Shown: positions 1 through 14,050, counted from the stretch's first letter. The stretch is 64,000 bases of DNA from Octopus sinensis (GCF_006345805.1 NC_043017.1:2046001-2110000); one strand, 5' to 3'. The notes: generated from the sequence alone by a model not told the origin. Program-made: numbers and translations.

Positions 1-250
1 GTATTTGTAAAATTTTTAAATATAATTTCGAATATTTATGATATTATATTTCACTCATTGAAAATACAAAAAGTCAAACTCTTATCGATTAATAGAACAG
101 ATGGGATATAATGAGGGAGAAATCTAATAGGACAGATTTTAAATAAAGTTTTAACTATATTTTATTATTTTTTTGCGCTTTTTTTTTTCTTCATTTCACT
201 GATTTTTTTGGTTTTGCAGCGCTTTGGTTTTGGTCGTTTATATTATTTTT

Positions 251-251
251 A

Positions 252-298
<47 letters not shown>

Positions 299-524
299 CG
301 CTAGTATTCTCGTTAATTGCATAATTCATCAAAATTCTAACTATTCACTGCAAGGAGTCAAGTATATTGAGTTTGATAAAAATGAAAGTATCTGAACTTG
401 TTTTCTGATAATTACTTTATTATCTGATTGCTTTTGTTATTATTGATTTCAAATGTTGTTATTATTATTGTAATCATTATTATCATTATTATTATTATTA
501 TTATTATCATTATTATTATTATTA

Positions 525-567
<43 letters not shown>

Positions 568-760
568 GTGGTTGTTTTTGTTGTTGTTGTTATCAACATC
601 ATCTTCATCATCATCATTATTATCATCATTATCATCTTTATCATCATCATTATGAACATCATCATCATTATTAACATCATCATCATCATCGTCGTCGTCG
701 TTATCATCATCAATATTGTTGTTATTATTATTATTAACATTATATAATATTCATGCATTG
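251..760. repeat. (ATT)n / (CAT)n / (GTT)n trinucleotide mosaic
   Basis: Visible in-register trinucleotide runs; these explain the poly-Ile/Leu/Met ORFs 428..655 and 522..758. Confidence 0.95.
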
Positions 761-831
761 ATATATATTAGCATGTTTTAAGAATAATTTTCAATAATTT
801 TCTTCGTTCCTATATCTACTCTAAGCCTCTT

Positions 832-873
<42 letters not shown>

Positions 874-1009
874 ACCTAGCAACTTTATCAGAAGACAAAA
901 TTGCTGAATGAGTTTCGTTTTTGTCTCTTCGGAAAGGCCCTCTTGTAATACCGTATATGTACAGACAGGCAGACTTTTGGCTTCTTCCCCGCTTGAAATA
1001 TTGTATAAG

Positions 1010-1150
1010 AAAATATTTGACAGAGTCAAAACCTAGGCGTCATTTCGTTCCTCGTTACGTTCTGAGTTCAAATTCCGCCGAGGTCAACGATACATTCTAT
1101 CAAATCGGCATCGGTAAAATAAGTACCAGTAGAAACGCTGAATTCTAAGT
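1010..1150 (+). mobile_element. SINE family B, degenerate copy
   Basis: Contains the family core gttctgagttcaaattccgccgaggtc...aataagtaccag seen many times in the window. Confidence 0.7.
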
Positions 1151-1424
1151 AAGCAACTTAACTCCTTCTCGCAGCTCTACGGGTATTCTGCCAAAATTTC
1201 AAACTAATTTTTTGATTTTTTCCTTTTGCTTATTTATTTATCTATGTTTCCATTTCGTTATATGTAAATCCCGACACTTTATGTCTATCTTTGTATCGTC
1301 CCCCTCATCTTTCGCCTTGATGGCAAATCAATGAAATCATAATAATAATAATAATAATAATAATAAGAAGAAGAAGAAGAAGAAGAAGAATATTAATATT
1401 ATTATTATCATTATTATTATTATT

Positions 1425-1904
1425 GAGTGGGAGAGCAGTGCATGCCATCAAAGGGACACTGGGGTAAAATATACGAAGCCCAGTATTTCCATCATGCCTA
1501 CCCGTCTGATAAGGGTACACCAAGCACATTCATCTCAACTATGTGCGTGACATGGTGATCTCATATCAAGATAAGCAGCGTATGACCTTGCAGGTGGAAC
1601 CCAGTTAGAATTTTCTTCTGGTCGAGTAACCCATCCCGCTCAAAAGGTCCCTAAATAAGGGTTGTTTAAGGATATTGAACGCACCAACCATGTTTCCAAA
1701 GGTGAATTATTTAAACCCCAAATAATTCCTCTCAACACATGGCTATGATGCTCCCCCACTACTTCTGCTCGTGATCAGAGATGCACATATCATCAGCCAC
1801 TAAGGGACATGCTCAACTGGTTATGGTCAAACAACTGACAAGTAAATCTGTGGTTTTGAGTAGAATATTTGCTGTAGCCCATCTTTTATACCAAGACTAT
1901 AATT
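1425..1904 (-). mobile_element. Non-coding retroelement 'family D' ending in an (AAT)n tail
   Basis: Reverse complement of 27980-28465; its 3' end runs into the (ATT)n at 1391-1424. Confidence 0.85.
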
Positions 1905-1954
1905 ATTACACTCTCAAATTCTCTTCCGGCTTAGTCTAATCCTTCGTCATTTAA

Positions 1955-2280
1955 AACTGGCACTCCGTCGGTTAATACGACGAGTGCCCCAGTAGATCCG
2001 ATCAATGGAACCGCCTGATCATGAAATTGACGAGCAAGTGGTTGAGCACTCGACAGATAGGCGTAGAGTACCCTTATTGTAGTTCTCAGGGAGATTTAGC
2101 GTGACATATAATGGGACAAGCCTGGATTTTGAAATAAAGATACAACTCATTTGGACCAGCTGAGTGGACTGGAGCAACATGAAATAAAGTGTCCTGCTCA
2201 AAGACACAACACATCACCAGGAATCGAACCCTCGACTTTACTATTGTGAGCCGAACGCCCAAACGACTAAGCCACGCGCT
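1955..2280 (-). mobile_element. tRNA-headed SINE family C
   Basis: Minus-strand head with a B-box-like GGTTCGATTCC; body (gaaataaagtgtc.tgctcaa) shared with 5452-5770. Confidence 0.7.
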
Positions 2281-2295
2281 AAACCCAAACATAGC

Positions 2296-2461
2296 TATTT
2301 CTTTACTACCCACAAGGGGCTAAACACAGAGGGGACAAACAAGGACAGACAAACGGATTAAGTCGAGTACATCGACTGCAGTGCGTAACTGGTACTTAAT
2401 TTATCGACCCCGAAAGGATGAAAATAAAGTCGACCTCGGCGGAATTTGAACTCAGAACGTA
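2296..2461 (-). mobile_element. 5'-truncated SINE B with an 18-bp target-site duplication
   Basis: Flanked by the exact direct repeat gctaaacccaaacatagc at 2278-2295 and 2462-2479. Confidence 0.9.
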
Positions 2462-2879
2462 GCTAAACCCAAACATAGCGATATACAGAAACCATGCGTG
2501 TGTTTCTCTTGTGGGGTCGTGGTCAAGATTGTTGAGTTCTGTTTTAAGGTCGTTTGGCTTTTATTTTTAGGAGACTAATTGATAGGGTACAGGCTCCCTG
2601 ATTTCTCTCTCTCTTTTTAATAATGAATTTCGCTGCTATTTCAGACCGTTCTGGCCAATAAATATGCTCGGGTTAACAAGGAAATATTTCATTAATTAGA
2701 TAATTTTAACATGAAATGCAACACAAATATTTTTTAAAAAAATAAATAAATAAATGGTCCCAATAACAACAAAAAATAATTCACATATAAAAAATAAAAC
2801 TGAGTAAATAAAAAAATGAGAACAGAAAAAAAATAAATACGAGTAAAGAAAAAAATAGCAAAAAACCTCATCAATAGCA

Positions 2880-3253
2880 GCTGCAACAATAAGAACAGCA
2901 ACAAGAACAAGTACGACTACAATATCATCATCAACATCATCATCAACATCATCATCACCATTATCATCATCATCATCATTATCGTCATCATCGTCAACAT
3001 CATCATCATCAACATCATCATCATCATGTCGTCATCATCATCATCATCATTGTCGTCGTCATCATCACCATCATCATCACCATCATCGACGTCCACAATA
3101 AAAAGAATGTGAGGGGCTTAATTAAATTTCGCATCAAACATATTACAATCTTCTCCTCGTCCTCAGCATCATCATCATCATCACCATACTACTACCTGGT
3201 CCACCTCCATTCTCCTCCTATTAGCACTACTACTACTGCTGCTACTACTACTA

Positions 3254-3308
<55 letters not shown>

Positions 3309-3324
3309 TTCTACTACTACCACG

Positions 3325-3388
<64 letters not shown>

Positions 3389-3970
3389 CGGCTGCCGTTG
3401 CTGCTGCTACCACTACTACTGCTGATATTAGTATTACAACTACTACTGCTATTACTACTACTACTGCTACTATTACTACTACTACTTCTACTGCTACCCC
3501 TGGTATTGCTGCTGCTGCTAATACGACTACTACAACTATCACTAATATTACTACTACTCCTAACTATTACTATTGCTATTGCAGCAACTGCTGCTACTAC
3601 TACTACAACTACTACTACTACTACTAATACTAATACTAATACTAATACCACTGCTACTGCTACTATCACCACTACTAGTACTACTGCTATGTTAGTGTAA
3701 CCACGGCCAACAACAACACTACCTCATCTTCTGCGCCCCCTCCTTCTCTTCATTTTCCTCCTCCTCCCATTAGTGCTACTATTGTTAACCACTCCCGCTG
3801 CAACCAACATCCCTCACCTTTACTAATTTTATTACTTTAAGCACAATCTTTACCGATTCTACTACCACTGCTATTACTACTAGTACTACTACTACTACTA
3901 ATACTAATACTAATATTAATACTACTATTACAAATATAACAGCCATTTCTATTTCTAATAGTAACATCAT
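2880..3970. repeat. (CAT)n, (CTA)n, (CTG)n trinucleotide arrays
   Basis: Direct inspection; source of the poly-Thr/Ser/Val ORFs at 3109-3700. Confidence 0.95.
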
Positions 3971-4291
3971 TACGATCACTTAATTGTTCTGGATTGAACC
4001 TACATCTCTAAACACACACGCACGCACGCACGCACACACACATACACATACACACGGTACACGCGTACACAAAGATGCACACGCATGTACACACGTACAT
4101 ATTCCATACATAGTCATAAATTTATATATACACTCATAAATAAATAGCACACACTCAGACCCACCCACATGAACTCACACTCTACACACGTTCACAGATA
4201 CAGACACAAATAGAAACACATATATACGGAATGTTAAATGGAAATATACACATAGGGTAAGGCATATATATATATATGTATTTACCGATAC

Positions 4292-4551
4292 AGTTGTGGT
4301 TGCGAGGTAAGAAGCGTGCTTCCCTGCCACGTGGTCTTAGGTTCAGTCACACTGCGTAGCACCTTGGCCAAGTGTCTCCTACTATACCCTCAAACCGACC
4401 AAAGACGTCTGAGTATATCTGGTAGACGGTAACTGAAAGAAGCCCGTCGTATATGTATATGCATATATATATATAAGAAATATTGAATTTCTAAATCTCT
4501 CGTAGGTGTACCCCCTACTGTCACGTTCTTGTTAGATTGACAGTATACAAC

Positions 4552-4596
<45 letters not shown>

Positions 4597-4825
4597 AGTG
4601 TGTGTGTGTATTTGTACCCCATCACCTATTGACAATAGCTGTTGGTGTGTTTACGTCGCTGTAACTTAGCGGTTCGACAAAAGAACCGATAGAATATGTA
4701 TGCAGCTTAAAAATTAGTCGTGGGCTCGATTTGTTCGACCAAAATCCTTCAAGCTCGTGTTTCAGCATGGCTGCAGTCCATTGGCTGGAATATATAAGAT
4801 AATAAAAGAATAAAAGAATAAAAGA
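4292..4825 (+). mobile_element. SINE family A, full-length (tRNA-like head, internal microsatellite, (taaaagaa)n tail)
   Basis: Colinear with the copies at 36964, 50755 and 54745. Confidence 0.85.
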
Positions 4826-5451
4826 TTAAGCGTACATTAATATACATGTCTACAAACCTACACATATACACGCTGCTGAGTACACATACACATATGTATC
4901 GTTATGCACTTACACATAGAGTAAGACATATATTTATGCCCAGAGACACAACAATTGAACTGACGCATTCATAGATGTACATTGACCACACACCTACACA
5001 TTTACGCGCTTCGAAGCACAGATACACATACAAATCGCCACAAACACATATGAATACAACGAAAGCAGCAGTAGCAATGATAGATAACCGATAATGGGCA
5101 GTTGGGTCCCGCCGGAAAATCAATGATATTTACCAAACCCCAAGAGTTGGACACATACATACACACACATACATTAGCATAGAGAAAAATGAGGAAGACA
5201 CCAACACACACACACACATGAAATTTCAAATTGATACATTCAAATACGCAAATAACAACTCATTCGTTCAAACGCAAAAAACATTCACATAAACATTTTA
5301 AAAAAACATGTTCAGCTATATAAACGTATAAATGAAAGACGCTCAAATACATATCAGTGTGAATGGAGTTTAGTCTGTTTTGGCGATGTGAATCATCTAA
5401 GTGCTTCTTTATTGGATTATTGTGTAAGTGGTGGGGTATTTCGTAGTCTAA

Positions 5452-5770
5452 AGAGTAAAGACCCCCTTCGATCATGGATGGCTATGTGACTGAACTCGGA
5501 GTTACACTCCCGGGAATAAGTCCGGGCTAGGTTGATTATAGAAGAACCGCTGTTACCCATGCATACGAGCCTCCCTTCTCCACGTCACCGTTGTTATCCA
5601 AGGGACAAAGTCCCCTACAGCTTAGCACCAGTAACATGATGATTGAACTAGGGTAACGTGAAATAAAGTGTCTTGCTCAAGAACAAAACGCATGGCATGG
5701 GCCAGAAATCGAACTCACTGCCTCATGGTTGAGAGCCCGACGCTCTAACTACTGCGTCTTGCACCTTCCC
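5452..5770 (-). mobile_element. SINE family C variant (different tail)
   Basis: Shares head and body with 1955-2280. Confidence 0.65.
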
Positions 5771-5818
5771 AGTCTGCCTCTATTGTAATGCACACAAACA
5801 TGCATACAACGACACAAA

Positions 5819-6350
5819 TACGAAGGGTGCTGTAAAATACATGCAACGGCCTTCAATGAGAAACTAGGGTTCATGGTGAAGGTGATGTTGATTTACTGAA
5901 CAGACACGAGTTTTCTTCTCAGAATGTATGACCAGTGACGAGAATGATCTTTTCTTTTGGCTACGAAAGTTAGATTCTGCCACAAGCAAGGGAATCGTTT
6001 CTATTCTTAAACACAAAGAAGCCAGCGATATTGAAGAAGGTTGCAATTTCCGAATGACTGTGACGGGAGGAAACGGCAACGCGAACTCTATGTATTTGCG
6101 TTTCATTGAAAGATTCCATTTTGGGAGTAAATAACACTAAGAGGGTCATTAGTTAAAGTTTGGGCAACTTATGGCCCTTAAAAGTATTGTTCCGAAGTAT
6201 CTGATGCGTGTCATGTGTATAAATAGGGTGATCGGTCTAAAATTGACAAAAGATGGATATGCTTCGAAACCATTATCTCCCGCCGAACAGCAACTCTCTT
6301 TCGTTCTTTGTCTCTACTACAGTATCTACAGCTTCCTGTAAGAACATCGT
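5819..6350. mobile_element. Possible Tc1/mariner relic
   Basis: Starts TA-CGAAGGGTGCTGTAAAA, similar to the TIR-like end at 43278 (TA-CGAGCGAGTGCTGAAAAG); no matching right TIR found. Confidence 0.3.
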
Positions 6351-6973
6351 AAGCAGATAGGCAGGGTTTTTTTTAGTAGAATCCAATTTTCAATAACGTT
6401 TTATAATTGTCCAATGTCCTGTTTCCACTCTTCCCGTTTTATTTAACTAACTATTTCTACATCCCTGCACATATCTTGTAAGCCCTCTTTGCAACATGTC
6501 GTCGCTACATGACGAGGCAATGATAGCATATAAATAAAAATATTGTCATTATTTTGATTAGAATAATTATCGCCATGTTTTTATTAGATTAATCCCTATC
6601 AGCACTTACAACAAGCAAACAAGAATATTCTAGAAGGTCAGTACGATGGCTTTACAATTTTAAACATATTTTCTTTTCTTTATTTTTTTCGTTATATCAT
6701 GCATTTGGAAGTGAATTAGTTGTGAATGATGCTGCTGTTTTATTATCCTCCTCTCTCACACGAAATAGTTAAATCTATATCTATCAGGCCACTTGGTAAC
6801 ATGGGAAGCTTTCATACATCTCTAGACAATATCCATGCGATTTGGGAATTACAAAGAACTTAAGCTCGTTTAATATTTTATCTACAAAGATCTAGATGTC
6901 TACAGAGGTTTCTAGAACGCCATTGTTCACAAAAAAACATCCATATAATATATATATATAATGTACTTGTACT

Positions 6974-7005
<32 letters not shown>

Positions 7006-7789
7006 GTACCGATTTAATTTCGTGCATTAAACATTCATGTCTAACTGAATCACACTGGCGGTCTTTTGTGAAGAGAGGAGAATCCATTGTGGGGAACCCA
7101 TATCAATATTATTGCTAATTATTTTATCAATTCTGTAGGGATTAAAAGTAAATTAATACCCACGGGAATTGGAACTTAGAACGACACAGCGAAATATTAT
7201 AACATAATTGTCGACACAACCTATTTTCCAAATCGTTTCCAATCATATGACATCATAAATATCAAACATACAGTTTTTAATTTGATGAACGCCGCCGTAT
7301 AAACAGAGCCAGACCATAATGCTTACAAGTGGTTTGAGTATTCAGTAAATTGCATGCATTAGATGAAGCAAATTTAGAAATAGGCCTATTGGAGATTAGG
7401 AAGGAATCTTTCGGTGGTCGATCAATGTGTTAGAAATAGCAGCTAGGGTACCTCAAATGAGCTTACAAAGTTACTATACATTTGAATGAAAAATACTACA
7501 GGAGACATGTTTCTTAGGATAAAATGACAAATTCCTAAACCCACTTTAACTCTAGATGTTTAGTCAATGACAAATGACTACAACAGCGAAAGTATCAACA
7601 ACAACAAAAACAAAAACAACTGATGCTAACAGATTCATAACAGGCAGCGCAAAATCGATATTCCGGAACATTTAGCTTAAAAGCCATTCCGGTTTATTGA
7701 CTTAGCCGAAGCAGGGTTGGCACACTGAACGAAACAAATATTAAAAATATTGAAATAATTTAATGAAAGACACGTACTTGCGTTTCTAC

Positions 7790-8435
7790 TTTAGGCACAC
7801 GCCCGAAAATTTGAGAGAAGGCGATTTCATCGGCCCCAGTGGTTAACCATTACTTAGTTTATTGATGCCGAAAGGATGAAAGGCAAAGCCCACACCGACT
7901 GTGTCGGTTGCATCCATACAAGTTGGACTCTGGGATCGATGTAATCGATATAGACTCTACCCTGAAATTGCAAGCCTTGTACCAAAATTTTTAACCAATA
8001 TTATTCTTTTAAGGAAGGCGTAAAGCTGGTAGAATCCCTAGCATGCCGGATCGAATGCTTAGTAGCATTTCATCCGTCTTTATGTTCTGAGTTCAAATTC
8101 CTAGTTTCCTTTTCGCCTTTTCAGAGTCGATAAAATACGTGTCAGTAGAGCTGAGGTCGAAATAATCGATTTAGCCCGTCCTGTACCAAAATTTAACCTT
8201 TCTTATAGTCTCTCTCTCTGCCAAAATTTAGCTCTTCTTAGTTCCGCCCTGTGGCAAAATTAGAAACCAATATGTCACACGGACTTATTTTGTAATATAT
8301 TGTTAGAAGTGTGGCGAGCTGGCAAGGATGAAAGGCAAAGTCGACCTCAGCGGATTTTGGACTCAGAACGTAGCGGCAGACGAAATACCGCTAAACATTT
8401 GGCCCAGCGTCCTAACGTTTCTGCCAGCTCACCGT
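7790..8435. mobile_element. Cluster of SINE B fragments in both orientations
   Basis: Family core motifs at about 7790-7890 (-), 7925-8200 (+) and 8310-8435 (-). Confidence 0.75.
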
Positions 8436-8499
8436 GCATATTCTAAATCTGGTACTTGTTCTATCTGGCTCTCAAAATGAATTGCCAAGTTAGGAAATG

Positions 8500-8760
8500 T
8501 AAAACAACCAACACCGTTTGTTAAGTGATGATTGGAGAAACGCAAAAGCAAACACACACACACACACACATACACACACACATATGTATATAGGACGTGC
8601 TTTCACACCGTTTCTGTCGTCAAAAATTCACTTTCAGTGTATTAGTCGGTGACGTGCTATTGTAGAAGTTACTTGCCTTCAGGTGCCAAACTGTAGGATT
8701 GAACCAGAAACGACGTGCTTGCAAAGCGGGCTTCTTAACCATACAACCACGTATACATAT
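8500..8760 (-). mobile_element. SINE family A, degenerate
   Basis: Reverse complement of the family A head and body. Confidence 0.7.
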
Positions 8761-9384
8761 ACACAAATAAGGATTCGCTTGGAGTGACATCCAAGCATGT
8801 GAAAGCATTCATTGTGCATTCCTGTTCAGCCTATGTTGACCAAATTTCAATATCGAAGCCTTCCTTCTAGACAAGAAAAAAGGCGTTATATTTGCTCTGA
8901 ATGAGGATATTTTTAAACTAAATCCATAAGTACAACTAAACGTGTTTCTGGTCAATTTCTACACTGTACACTTCATTTATTCCATCGTCAGCATCGCGTA
9001 ATCATCGCAGTGCAGAGTAAAATGATAGAGTATTCGACATAAGAATACATAAACATACATAAACATGTTCATTTACAGAGACAAACACACACACATATAC
9101 ACACATACATTTATATATTTCGTACATTATTTCTACTACAACTTCTAATTATATCTTAGCAGTAATGAAACCTCCTAATTGCTCTTATTCTATTACGGAA
9201 TATCCAATAGCAATGCTTCTCTGAAGCCATCATCCACCGACGTATGCACTCGTCCCCCGCTGTGTATTGTTCATTGGCGATTCTGCGCTTCGCCACCAAA
9301 CAAGAGAGGCTTGTATCATCACATCCAATGCATAATCAGCACCTAGATATGATCATACAAATACATCTATTTAGACGCACGCAT

Positions 9385-9416
<32 letters not shown>

Positions 9417-9449
9417 GCACAAACACAACTACACACGAACACACTCACC

Positions 9450-9648
9450 CCCATATATATTATATATATATATATTATATATATAGATAGATGTACATAT
9501 ATATGCATTCATATATATCCATATATATATATATATGAACATGTATACATATATGTGCGTATATATATATATACACATGTATCTGTCTATCTATATATAT
9601 GTATGTGTATATGTATATGTATATACATATATGTGTGTGTATGTATCT

Positions 9649-9679
<31 letters not shown>

Positions 9680-10005
9680 ATATATATATATTATATATAT
9701 ATAATATATGTATATATATGATATATATATATATATTATGTATATATATATATGTATATATTATATATATATATAATATGTATATATATATGTATATATA
9801 TATATATGTATATATATTATATATATATATGTATATATAATATATATATATAATATATATATTATATATATAGTATATATGTATATAATATATATATATA
9901 TATATATATTATATGTATATATATGTATATATATATATATTATATATGTATATATGTATATATATATATATATAATATATATATGTATATATATATATAT
10001 ATAGG
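9450..10005. repeat. (AT)n-rich microsatellite with a (CT)n insert
   Basis: Direct inspection. Confidence 0.95.
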
Positions 10006-10310
10006 TATGTATGTATTAAGGCATGTATGCACGGGTGTATGTATGTAAGCAAGATTCTGAATAAATAATGTCAATGGGAAAGGAAAACGCGATAGAATGT
10101 TGCTAACGTTCCTAATATCTACGGAATTAATTAATATAGGAAGCAGCAATTCCGAAATTGAACTGGCAATGGAACCACCAAGAGACAGCGCTAAGGACAG
10201 CTTTACACTCAATCACTGTTATACGACTATAAAACAAACTAAGTGTTTACAGCCTGAGGCTGAGATAAGAAATGTACAAATGCTTTTAATTTTAATTAAA
10301 TCTCCTGCTC

Positions 10311-10461
10311 ATGTGGGTCACTGCTCGTCTCAAAACGGAATCGAAACAGTTCGTTGATTCACTTGATGCCTGCAGATGCCAATACATCAGGGAACATATG
10401 AATGTCGCCGATAGTGAATCAGGTGTTAGATTAATTAATCTTGCTGATTATTTGTTGGACA
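10311..10461 (+). CDS. Candidate coding exon of an unidentified gene (MWVTARLKTESKQFVDSLDACRCQYIREHMNVADSESGVRLINLADYLLD...)
   Basis: About 50 open codons in non-repetitive DNA ending at a strong donor CAG|GTAAGA (10462); alternative acceptor cctgcag|A at 10375/10376. No homology recognised. Confidence 0.3.
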
Positions 10462-10819
10462 GGTAAGAGCGTTGACATCTCTCACGGTTATTTTCTTTAT
10501 AATCTGACATTAAAACAACACTGATTTGATAGAAAAGCAGAAAAGCTCTAAAACTGGTTGCAATGGCAAACATAGGACAGGAATTTTATACATTATATAA
10601 TCATGGACAATATGCTTAAAGCAATCCAACAACCGCGTTTTCAGCGGTGCAACACTAGTCAAAATTATTTGCAATTCGTTAAACATCATTTCAAATTATC
10701 ATCTGAAGAATATAAATATTTTTTTCACTTGCTTTTTCTCACAGGCCCAACCTCACTGCATAGCATCTTGGGGAAGTGTATTTTAGTAAGCACATTGTTG
10801 TATGGACCCCACAAGTACC

Positions 10820-10980
10820 ATATGGACGGGCTTTATTCAGTTTCTGTCTACCGAACCAATTCACAAGGATTTGGACGTCCCGAGGCTATAGTAAAATACA
10901 CCTGCTCAAGGTGCCACGCAGTGAGGATGAACCCGGATTCACATGGTAGGGAATCAGGCTTCATACTACCCAGCTACGTA
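10820..10980 (-). mobile_element. SINE A 5' half
   Basis: Similarity to the other family A copies. Confidence 0.75.
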
Positions 10981-11169
10981 TGCGCTTATGAAAAAAAGTA
11001 AAAAAGAAAAATATTCGTATTCTTCAGATGATAATTTGAAATGATGTGTAACGAATTACAGATAATTTTGACTAGTGTTGCACCATTGAAAACGTGATAT
11101 TTGGGTTGAGTGAAGTATATATATATATATATATATATACATATATACGCACGTATGTATGTATATATC

Positions 11170-11400
11170 TATATGTGTATATTTTTGTGCTCTGATTGTC
11201 CGCCACAACGCCTTCACAACTGGTATCTGAGTAGTGTTTGCGACCCTCGTAACTTCGCGGTTCGGCAAAAGAGACCGAATAGAATAAGTACTAGGCTTCA
11301 AAAAGTAGCCATGGAGTCGATATGTTTCACTAAAACCCTTCAAGGCAGTGCTCCAGCATGGTCATAGCCAAATAACTGAAACGAGTAAGAGAGAAAAGGT
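11170..11400 (+). mobile_element. SINE A 3' half
   Basis: gtaacttcgcggttcggcaaaagagaccg...gtgctccagcatgg. Confidence 0.8.
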
Positions 11401-11984
11401 AAAATATTGTACAACCGATATCAATAAAGAAAAAAAAAACGTTTGACAGTATTTTACATAAACATGGAAGCAAAACACGTCGTTGTTGAATTTCGCATTG
11501 AACATAATTGAGTGTCTGGGTTAGCAAGAGCTGAAACCTCGAGTCTAATTTGGCCGACAAGCCTTCAACGAGACTCATTACTCCAACTGATATATATCTT
11601 CAATTCACTGTACACTATTATGTTCCATATTCAGGAATAATAGCCTACAAATTCAAATTCACGGACATTTTAAGCCGAAATATTTGAATGACTTGCAAAA
11701 AAAAAAAACAAACAAAAAAGCGAAGAACATCACTTACGTTGTCCATCACGCTTAGAAGACGTATCGTAACGTATCTAATTTTTTTTTGTTTTTATTGGGT
11801 TAATTCTTAGTGATGGTCATCTGTATTAAAATAACACGCTAATTTTTTTTCTCTAGTTTCAGCTCAGAGCTGCGGCCATGCTGATGCACCGCCGTTTTGC
11901 TACACTGTTATTACTAAGAGCCTCCTCTAATTAGTGGCACTTGGTGAAGAATGGAGTTTTATACAGCTACCCTCATTTTCACCT

Positions 11985-12240
11985 CTTACCGTGAGGTAGG
12001 TTCATCTGGGATTCACAACAGGAAGATGTCCAGCTTTAATTTAAAAACCCTTACATCTACTTTGTGCAAGTTCCTCAGGCCCTTGAAAGCCAGGCTGTTG
12101 CAGTAACTGGTCCTGAATCGTGATGGCATTGCTGGGATCTTTGGCACTATGCAGTGTCGTCCCGTTCTGGCATTGGTGTAGCGTAATGCTTAAATATGAT
12201 GTATTTTTTACAACAAGTGTGAAGTATGTGAGTTGAAATT
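11985..12240 (-). mobile_element. CR1/L2-type LINE ORF2 C-terminal relic
   Basis: Minus frame reads YTNARTGRHCIVPKIPAMPSRFRTSYCNSLAFKGLRNLHKVDVRVFKLKLDIFLL*IPDEPT; FK.KLD.FL..PD is typical of the CR1/L2 ORF2 end. Confidence 0.75.
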
Positions 12241-13062
12241 TGGCTGGCATATTACAAGTGAATGAAGAAATTCTGACTCCAATTTCGAAACATTTTCTAT
12301 AAACAGTTGGTATAATCTAATCTAAGGCAATATCAATGTAAGTATATTAACAAAAATTGCATTATACAAACATACATACATATATGCGCACGTACATTAT
12401 ACAAACATACTTACATACGCACGTATGTGCATACATATATACTTAAATACACTTTTACATATACTTACATATATATACTAAATATTTAATTATTCTATCA
12501 AGATTATCACTCTTATAGTCATGTATTTATGTGAAATATAACGATATACAGACTTGCGGAAACACACACACAGTATATATGAGTGTGTGTGTTTGTTTGT
12601 GTGTGTGTTTGTTTGTGTGTGTGTGTGAAAGAGAAAGATTGTTTGTGTGTGTGTGTGTGCGTGTTTGTGTTTGATAATGTAGTGAGATAAGTTTAGTGTG
12701 AAAGTAAATAAGATAATATAAGGAAACAAAATCAATAAATGTTGCTCAAAGTCTATTTAACTATCTCTGTATAGGAAGATTACTGTTCTTAAAATGAGAG
12801 GGAAAAAAATAAAGGCGATATACAAAAACAATGAAGCATGAGTTAACGCAGTTATATTTCCGCCAAAACAACATTTCAGTGTTTGGGAATGAATAGGTAC
12901 ACAAAAAATAACCGAATAATTTGGAGAAATTTTCGTAAATTAGAAATAACAAACAAATATACAGTATTCTCATTGATGAAAATAAAGGAAAAATTATATT
13001 CGAAAATAAGAAATGAAATATAAATAGACAACATAATGAAACACGCACACACACACAATATA

Positions 13063-13108
<46 letters not shown>

Positions 13109-13669
13109 ATATGTATATATATATATGTATGTATGTATGTATTACATATAGAGTACATATATAGATATCGAGAAATGCTTCGTCAATTTTTTCACCTGTT
13201 TAAAAAAGTTGATTTTTTTTCAAAAATATTTTATTTCTGAATTGTTATTTTGTTTACATCTAATTTAACTGAATAGTTACTTCATATCGCCACATTTTGT
13301 TTTTGAATATTTTTGCTTGATTTTTTTTTTTATTGTTTATTTTTATTTTCTATATTTTTCATTCTTAAAGACTTCCATTATGTTAAGGCTGCCATCAATG
13401 TTATTTTTGTATTTCTTCTCTTATTTCTTTTACGATTTTTGAACTCTGTTGTTTCTTTCAGTACAGAAAACTACGCCGAAATGAATTAATGAGCTATGAT
13501 ACGCCACTCTTCTTCTCTTTCCCTTTCGTAGTATTTTTTTTTCCTTATAGATTCGTTTTATATTAATGTAGAGTCGAATGTCACCCAAACTATACTCTAG
13601 ATTGTTGATCTCTTGGTTAAGAAATTGTAGAGAATTCTTCTACTATTAACATAACTGCAATGATATATT

Positions 13670-13790
13670 AGGGTATCTACGAGATACCACCATGCTGAAA
13701 ATAGCGGCCATGATCTGACTCTGAAAGTCAGACCTTTACAGTCAGATCATGGCTGCTATTTTCAGCATGGTGGTATCTCGTAGATACCCT
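13670..13790. repeat. 51-bp inverted repeat with 19-nt loop (MITE-like hairpin)
   Basis: Arms 13670-13720 and 13740-13790 are reverse complements with one mismatch. Confidence 0.95.
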
Positions 13791-14050
13791 GATTTATAAT
13801 TTTAATAATTATTACCTTTGAAGGTTATCTTTTCCATACTGACCACTTGATAAAATCGTTATTTTATTTTTAAATTAACGATCTTATCCTTATTTATATA
13901 AACTTAAATATATATATGCATATATATATATGTGTGCGTGTGTGTGTGTGTGTGTATGTATGTATATATATATGTATATATATATGTGTGTAATATATAT
14001 ATATATATGTATATACATATATATATACATATATATATATGTGTATAAAA

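Noticed and set aside
3109-3700. Mucin-like poly-Thr/Ala and poly-Ser ORFs
   Set aside because: Trinucleotide microsatellites that lack stops in several frames; no unique coding flanks or splice support.
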